Shown here piece by piece: positions 52,216 through 61,740 of a stretch of DNA of 64,000 nucleotides. The DNA lies in assembly GCF_006345805.1 (NCBI RefSeq), contig NC_042999.1, positions 37,572,001-37,636,000 of the forward strand, in the 5' to 3' direction. The translations under genes were made by a program, and so were the position numbers. The DNA is from Octopus sinensis. Its lineage: Eukaryota. Every line of letters begins with the position of its first letter. The stretch's first letter is position 1. Under the pieces are notes generated by a model. It searched no databases, was not told where the DNA came from, and saw only the letters and a program-made list of their open reading frames with translations.

Positions 52216-55200
52216 TACATATAGATAGATAGAGAGACAAACAGGTCACCCTCTCCCTCTAATATATTTCAATGTTGTAACTTAATACAAACACACATGC
52301 ACACACAACACACACATATCAATCCATACACATGTGTCACACTCCACAAATTATGCAATACTTCCTCTTTAAATATTTGTTTCTTTTCTCTTTGAAATCT
52401 AAATTTTCTTTTTTTACAATTAAAATCAACGACCTAATTAAAATAAATAGAAAGAACTAAAATTAGTTGTAGCAGTGATAAGACCACCACCACCACCACC
52501 ACCACCACTACCACCACCACTACCACCACCACCACCATTTTAACACCCCACCTTCTCTTTCCAATGTATTTAAAAGTTTCAACTTTATGAAATAATTTCC
52601 TAAATTTGATAAACTCTGTTAAACTTTGTTAAAGATTGTTTAAACCAGAAGGTGGAATTTCTCTCATAAGAAAACAAAACTAACATATACATCTTAGATG
52701 AGTGGAGAGTGGGATGAAATGTAAAAAAAATCTTTGGGGTTAATATAAAGATCTTCACCCGTTAAACACAAACTAAAAAAACCCCAGCCTTTTGGGTGTT
52801 AACTCTTTACTCTCTCTCTCTCTCTCTCTTTACTCTTTTACTTGTTTCAGTCATTTGACTGCGGCCATGCTGGAGCATCGCCTTTAGTCGACCAAATCGA
52901 CCCCAGAACTTATTCTTTGTAAGCCTAGTACTTATTCTATCGGTCTCTTTTTGCAGAACCGCTAAGTTACAGGGACGTAAACACACCAGCATCGGTTGTC
53001 AAGTGATGTTGGGGGGACAAACACAGATACACAAACATATACACACACATACATATACGACGGGCTTCTTTCAGTTTCTGTCTACCAAATCCACTCAAAA
53101 GGCTTTGGTTAGCCCAAGGCTATTGTAGAAGACACTTGCCCAGGGTGCCATGCAGTGGGACTGAACCCAGAACAAAACATTTGCACAAATGAACCTGGGG
53201 GATTGGGAGAGGACTTTTGGAAAATTCACAAGATCCAATTTTTCTGTCATAACTTTCGGAAAAATGAATATATATTGATTTTTTTTTTTTTAATTACGGA
53301 GTCCCACGTTTTTGGTTATGGAGGATCCGATTCTGAAAAAGATTTTCAAGAATCACATTTTCAAAACTTCAGTCTCCCACCCCTCTTCATTTTTTACTTT
53401 TTCTGGAATCTTTTTTTTTTTTTTGCGAAATACGTAGAAAAATACGTAGAATAGGATCCTGAAAAAATTTGTAAAATTTCACTTTTTCAACAATATATAT
53501 ATATATATATATACCCCCAACCCCCTCTCTTCCCAATCCTACGGCCTTGACCTTCAAGCAGGCTATCCATATGCTAGAAATAACAGCAAAATTTCACAAA
53601 ACTGCAATAACATAATGAACACCTATGATCACTGCTGTGATTCTTTTACTGTTTCACTATAATGCATTCAGAAACAGACAAAACAATAATTCATCTTCAC
53701 TTTTAGATAACGGGATGGTGGGAAGGTGGGGGGTGAGGGGATTTTGGGTCGGAGTTTTTCATAAAAAAATTTGAAATTAAAATTTGAATTTGAGCTTATT
53801 TTATCCATATTCTTAATCTCTGTATTTTCTCATGTAGCTTGATTGAAAAAAAAAAAAAAAAAAAAAATCGAAAATTATGTACAAACTATTGATTAAAACA
53901 AATATATAAGCTGAGTTTTTTTTATTTGTGTTACGTCATTTTTGAGTTAGGTCACATGTCTTGGAACGGACGTAAGTTGAGGTATGCCTAAATAATAAAC
54001 AAATATCCCGTGCACAAGCGTCAATGTTGTCAAACTTGTTTGATCTTGAAGAATACTTTTTAAGTCGCTCATTTACACTTCTAATAACAGGACAATTGTA
54101 TGTAGCACTGTCAATAACAAATGCACGATTTAGAGACACACACACAAAAAAAAAGGTCACTAACAGAATAATTTATGCTGAATTTTTTCAGTGTTAAAAT
54201 TTACATAGGGATGTTTAATTACTTATTAGATAAATATCAATTACAAAGGGACGTGTTGAATATGCACCACACCATTTTTCTCCTTCAAAAGTGGAGATTA
54301 TACTTTTTCCAAGAAAACGACATTTCAAAATTTTAAAACCCCACCACTAAGTTTTGTTTCAAAAACTCTTTCCAAAAAAAGAAAAAAAAAAATTCCACGT
54401 AGAAAAATACAGAGATTGCGATCTTGAAACCTGCCCCCACTCCCCAAAAGTTTTGATTCTCTTAACACTCTCCCTATCTTGACTTTCATAACCCCACCCC
54501 TCCCACGTTACTCCCATATCGACATTCCAGTTTTAAAACTTGTCTGCTCAATTGCACAGGCGTGAATGCTTGTTGAACCACCAGACGAAATAAAGTAGAC
54601 TTCAGTGTGGTCACTCTCCTTGCTAACAATCCGAACTAAATCTTTGGAGAAAGATTTTTTTTTTATTTCTTTCAAAAATTGAAATTTTTAAAAATCATCC
54701 CTCCATCAATGACTGAAATACCTATTTCTTTATTACCCACAAGGGGCTAAACATAGAGGGGACAAACAAGGACAGACATAGGTATTAAGTCAATTACATC
54801 GACTCCAGTGCGTAACTGGTACTTAATTTATCGACCTCGGCGGAATTTGAACTCACAACGTAACGGCAGACAAAATACCGCTTAGCATTTCGCCCGGTGT
54901 GCTAACGTTTCTGCCAGCTCACTGCCTTATGACTGAAATACCAATACTTGCAGCACACAGGTGGATGCTTGTTGCACAGTAGAGAAAATGACGGACCCTT
55001 CAATGAAGTTTACTCTACATGCTAAAAATAACACCTAAATCTCTGAAATTATAGCATTATCATCATTTAACGTCCGCCTTCCATGCTAGCACGATATATA
55101 TATATATATAAAGAATTTTTTGCGTAATACACGCTGGCATATGACCAACGTTGAACACCTTATTCACAAAATTACTGAACCTGGAACTTAACTATGGTCT

Positions 55201-58200
55201 GTCTATAGCACTTATTCAGCATTACCTGACACCTTTGGGTCTCAATGATGCCTTAATATAATGAACCCCTTCGGTCATGAATGACCATAAAATTGTACCT
55301 AGAAAGTTACCCTTCGAGGCACAAGTTTGAGCAAGGTTGTTTATGGAAGACCTGCAGTTGTCCATGCATACAAGCCTCCCCTCTCCATGCCACCGATGTT
55401 ATCCAAGGGAAAGGCAAAGGCCAATACAGCTTGGCAGCAGTGACATTGCAACTCATTCTTACAGGTGAGTGAACTGGAGCAGCGTGAAATAAAGTGTCTT
55501 GCTCAAGAACACAAGGAAACTGAAAGAAGTTGTGAGAGAAAGAGAGAGAGAGAGAGGGAGAGAGAGAAAGCAAGAGAGAGCGAGAGTGTGTGTGTGTCTT
55601 CGTGTTTGTTCCCCCACACTGCTTAACAACTGATATAGATTTGTTTACAGCCCTGTAACTTAGTGGTTCGGCAAACAGAGACCAATAGAATAAGTATCAG
55701 TCTTCAAAACAAAAAAAAGTACTTGAGTCGGTTTGGTAGATTAAACCCTTCAAGGCAGTGCCCCAGCATAGCCACAATCTAATGACAGAAACAAGTAAAA
55801 GCTAAAAGATATTTTGGTGCCACTTTAACGTGTGGGCTACCCGACCATTAACACTTTAGCATGCAGTCTACTTGGCCATTTACACTTAAGTGCCAGTCTA
55901 ACTCCAACCCCTAACCCTTATCCTAAACCCAGATTTTGTTATTTCACAACATAGACTATGGACACTGCAGTAGATTGTATGTTAAAGTGACACTGGCATG
56001 CTTTCATCCAATTCCGTTTTACATAATGTTTTGAATCTTTTGAAAATGATTTCACATTCATGCTTTAAACATCTTTTAACGCACAATTTCATATCAGGAA
56101 TCTTACAAAACAAATACATAAATGTAAAAATCTGAGATTATGACTCTTGAAAAACATGCTTGATTTTCCTACATCAGAAATTGGAACAAATATTTTGAAA
56201 AAGACAAAACTGCAAAATTATGGAAGTGGGGAATTCTCCATCAGATTTTTCTTTTTTTAAATTTGGAATTTATGATGTTTAAAACATCCCAAAACATTAC
56301 AAGATTTTGCCATACCAGATAATGTCCAATTCCATTCTCTAGGAAGGCCTGTACACCTACACACATCCATACATTTGTACACATATATTTAACACATTTA
56401 GTTTTCTTAAGCAAAGTACAAAGGACTACAGATAAGTACAATTGTTAGAGCATTGGCGAAAAATGGATTTTTCTTCAGGCTCTTTGTTCTAAGTTCAAAT
56501 CCTGCCAAGGTCAACTTTGACTTTCCCCTCTCTGGTGTCCATAAAAAAAAAGGTAACAGGTAAGAACTAGGGTTGATATAATCAACAAACTCCTCTCACT
56601 AAAATGTCAGGCCTTGTGTCTATATACATTATTTACATTATTTACATTTGACGGACATTTATCCTCATCTTGTTTGTTGTTAACACGTTTTGGCTGATAT
56701 ACCCTCCAACCTTCAGATGTCTTGGGGAAATTTTGAACCGGGGTTCTCATTCCTAAGGTACTTTTTCGATGTTGTTGTTATCATTATTATTATTATTATT
56801 CAGGTCATTGCCTGGAATCAAACTCGGAATCAAAATTTCCCCAAGACAACTGATGAAGGCTGGAGGGTATATCAGCTGAAACATTGTGCTTAACAAGATG
56901 AGGACAGATATCCGTCAAATGTAAATAATGTACATAATTCCTCATCTCTTAAATATAGAACTGTCTTGTGTCTATACTTTTAACATTATGTATTATAATA
57001 CTTCTAATAATCAACAGAAGTTGCAAAGTAGCATAGTAGCAAAAGATGGGCATGACTTTGTCATTAATTTTAATTAATAGCAGGGGCATACTATTTTAAT
57101 TAACATTTAACCAATAAAATTCTGATTTCCTGTTGTATTTTTAATCTTTATTTTTTTTACTGTTTAGTTAGGGAGGGAAGGGCAGTTGCTATGCATTCTT
57201 TAACTTAAAGCATTGGAGACTGGTAAGAGGAAGTTCTTGTTAACTCTTTAGCATTTAAACTGGTCACACCTGGCCTCTCACCTTATCATTCTAAAAATAT
57301 ACAGAGACATCATTGAAATTATAAAGCTGCTAACTGGCGTTTGTGCCAGTGGCACGTAAAAAGCACCATTCAAGCGTGATCGTTACCAGCGTTGCCTTAC
57401 TGGCACTTTTAGCGGTATGCAGGTGGCATGTAAAAAAACACGATTTTTTTGTGGCCGTTGCCAGTACCACCTGACTGGCCCTTGTGCCGGTGGCACGTAA
57501 AAAGCACCCACTACACTCTCGGAGTGGTTGGCGTTAGGAAGGGCATCCAGCTGTAGAAACTCTGCCAGATCACGATTGGAGCCTGGTGCAGCCATCTGGT
57601 TCGCCAGTCCTCAGTCAAATCCTCCAACCCATGCTAGCATGGAAAGCGAACGTTAAACAATGATGATGAATTCAAAATAATGCGAATTAATGAGCATTTT
57701 ACTTGATGGTGTAATCTGAATGCTAAAGAGTTAAATCAGAGAGCTGGCCTGAATGCTTGCGAAAACATTCAAGGACCAAGTGAGGGTTTCATTTTTTAGC
57801 GTTCAGATAACTCTTTCAAACGTAATGTTTATTTATTCACATTGTTTTGAATTAACCATGCTTTATCTCATCGCTCCAAGATTTCGATGATATGATTGTT
57901 TATTTTTACAATGATATTGTAAGAGTAGGTGATAGGCTGGCCAGTTTGAATATAAAACAGGTAGAATATTTGGGCCAGATTAAAGCAGGTAATAGGCTAT
58001 GTTCATCCCACAGTCATCATCAACAACAATGGACAGTGGTAGATTTATAATGGGGGAAGAAGTGAAAGGAGCAACTACCGTGTGCCCTCTTGCCAGAGGT
58101 GGCGAGCTGGCAGAAACGTTAGCACGCCGGGTGAAATGCGTAGCTGTATTTCGTCTGCCGTTACGTTATGAGTTCAAATTCCGCCGAGGTCGACTTTGCC

Positions 58201-61200
58201 TTTCATCCTTCCGGGGTCGATTAAATAAGTACCAGTTACGCACTGGGGTCGATATAATCAACTTAATCCGTTTGTCTGTCCTTGTTTGTCCTCTCTGTGT
58301 TTAGCCCCTTGTGGGTAGTAAAGAAATAGGTATTATTCCTTTTTACTAAAATCACGAGATCAACCAGACTATTGGATGTAGTTACACATCACTGGTCACA
58401 ATGTGCTTTGCCTCATTTTAGCTTTCAAATAATGCCACCAAGTTGGCTAGGTGAGCAGGCCTTATACTAAAATCATCATCATCATCATCATTTAGCGTCC
58501 GTTTTCTATGCTAGCATGGGTTGGACGGTTCAACTGGGGTCTGTGAAGCCAGAAGGCTGCATCAGGCCCAGTCTGATCTGGCAGTGTTTCTATGGCTGGA
58601 TGCCCTTCCTAATGCCAACCACTCCGTGAGTGTAGTGGGTACTTTTTACGTGCCACCTGCACAGGTGCCAGACGGAGCTGGCAAACGGCCACGGACGGAT
58701 GGTGCTTTTTACGTGCCACCGGCATGGGGACCAGGCGAGGCTGGCAACGGCCACGATTGGATGGTGCTTTTTACGTGCCACCGGCACATAATTGAAAAAA
58801 ATTACGTTTTTCTAAAACAAAACAAAAAATAAAAACATTTTTCTGTGTATATTATATTAATATCATTGACCACCATGTCTAGGTCGAAAAATTCTCCCCT
58901 CCATTTTTGACTCATTTTCTTTTTGCTTCTTTGCAGACTATAAAAGACCCCAAATATCTCAGATAGTTCATCTATCTGTGGCTCAGAACAAAACAGTTTC
59001 TAGAGAAAGGGATAATAAAAAAAAAAATGCTACTGTATTTACAAAGACACAACATCTTACAGGAATTTTCTTTGCTTCAGAAATGTGAAGCAGATGATGA
59101 AGAATCAGTACTTGATGTCTTTCCTGAGGAACCACCCACACTTTCAAGAATTTATTTGGGAAATAAAAGCAACACATTAAGAGACATTGAAAGGGATGAG
59201 TCAGTACAGCCAACAGATATTTCAGAAATAATCAGTGAAGCACCGTCAGGTGATCTAGACAGGTCATGTGGTTTCCTGTCTGAAAACAGCAGGAATCCTT
59301 TTGATCAGAATCAGCTATGACATAGCAAAAAGACAAAAATGTCCAACTCTAACTCAGAATCTCAATATGTAAAGTGGGATATTGTCATTATTTCAAGAAT
59401 TTTATAATTTATACTAGCAGTATCGCCCGGCGTTGCTTGGGTTTGTAAGGGAAATAACTATATAAGCATTTTTAGAGAGTTATAGCAAAAGAATGCATTA
59501 AAAATGGAAAAAAAATGATGGTAAATTTTTTAAAAAATCGTTGACTCATCGTAGACATTTTTAGAGAGTTACTTCCCTTATATAATAGCGAAAAAAATGC
59601 ATTAAAATGGAAAAAAATTATGCTAATTTTTTTTAAAGTCGTAGACTCATCGTAGACGCGCGCTAATACCCAGAAGGGCTCGATATGAATCACGACTATA
59701 AGATACCCGAATTTGGTTAAACTGCACCGCAAAATGTAGTTAGGAATCTAAATCGTAGGAGACAGACACACAACCTCACTTTTATATATAACTAACAATA
59801 TCGCCCGGCGTTGCTCGTGTTTGTAAGGGAAATAACTATATAAGCATTTTTAGAGAATTACTTCCCTTATAGATGCCAATTCGGGCTTTCTTAGCCATTT
59901 CTGTTTTGGTGTCTTCAAGCCATGAAGTCGTTGTTCTAAAAGAACGCTGGTCTCCTTGACAACGCTTTACGACGTTGATTTCCTTACACTCCCTTCCCCA
60001 CAGCTTCACGAGGGAGGGAAGAAGGGGGAGAAGCAAACAGGTGCAGGTGTGACCATGGACGCCAACTCCGCCGCCATCGACACACGAAAAATTATGCATT
60101 AAAATGGAATAAAAAATGATGTTAAATTATTTTTAAAATCGTAGACTCATCGTAGACGCACGCTAATACCCAGACGGGCTCGATATGAATTACGACTATA
60201 AGATACCCGAATTTGGTTAAACTGCACCGCAAAATGTGGGAGTAGTTGGGAATCTAAATCAAAGGGGACAGACACTCACACAACTACAGTTTTATATATA
60301 TAGATATAAAGACTAGTCACAGACATAGGCATGTGGTTAAAAAGTTTGCTTTGCAACATGGTTTTGGCTTCAGTTCCACTGCATGACACCTTGAGCAAAT
60401 GTCTCCTACTATAGCCCGGGGGTGGTCGACCAATGCCTTGTGAATGAATTTGGTACACACGCACACATATATGTGTGATATGGGTGTGTATGTGTTTGTC
60501 TCGTCCCACCCATTGCTTGATAACTGATGTTGGTTTATGTCCCTGTGGCTTAGTGGTTCAACATAAGAGACTGATAGAATAAGTAGCAAACTTGAAAATA
60601 AGTACTGGTGCCGGTTTGATCCACTAAATCCTTCGAAAGGTGCCCCAGCATGGCTGTAGTCCAATGACAGCAACAAGTAAAATATAATCACGACAACGGT
60701 GAGCAACATATGAGGAAGTGACTCCCTAAAAGCCTATTTGAAAGGTGCAGCTTGTTGTTTTAATTCTAACATGATGTGCAGATGATGCGACAAGTTTTCT
60801 AGTGAGGATGGCTTTAACGACTGGCAAAAAAGCAAGAGGTGAAAATGAGAAATCAAGAACAAAGCTAAAGCCATAAAGGATTCAATCTTCTACATAAGAA
60901 AATATTATCATATTGAGAGTTGATTGAGATCGTGACAACGTAAAAAGCACCATCCAATTTGTGGCCGTTGCCAGCTTCGTCTGGTCTCCGTGCCGGTGGC
61001 ATGTAAAAAGCACCATCTGATTCGTGGCCGTTGCCAGCTTCGTCTGGTCTCCGTGCCGGTGGCATGCAAAAAGCACCATCCGATCGTGGCCGTTTGCCAG
61101 CCTCGTCTGGCACCTGTGCCAGTGGTACATAAAAAGCACCCACTACACTCACGGAGTGGTTGGCGTTAGGAAGGGCATCCAGCTGTAGAAACTCTGCCAG

Positions 61201-61698
61201 ATCAGACTGGTCCTGGTGCAGCCTTCTGGCTTCCCAGACACCAGTTGAACCGTCCAACCCATGCTAGCATGGAAAGCGGACGTTAAACGATAATGATGAT
61301 GAAGTAGTGAAGAGATCATAAGATCCAAACATAAAGGGAAGTTTTTTTTTGAATTCTGGAATATATGACACAATTTGATCCATTTCTGATGAGTCATCTT
61401 AATCCTTCGAATGTCCAAATCATTTTAATAAGTTTTTCTTAAATGTCCATGCTTGTTTTCAAAGTTTTACTTAGCCTTTGTTACATACCTCTCTTTACTC
61501 TTTTACTTGTTTCAGTCATTTGACTGCGGCCATGCTGGAGCACCGCCTTTAGTCGAGCAAATCGACCCCGGGACTTATTCTTTCTAAGCCCAGTACTTGT
61601 TCTATTGGTCTTTTTTGCCGAACCGCTAAGTGACAGGGATGTAAACACACCAGCATCGGTTGTCAAGCAATGCTAGGGGGACAAACATAGACACACAA

Positions 61699-61740
<42 letters not shown>

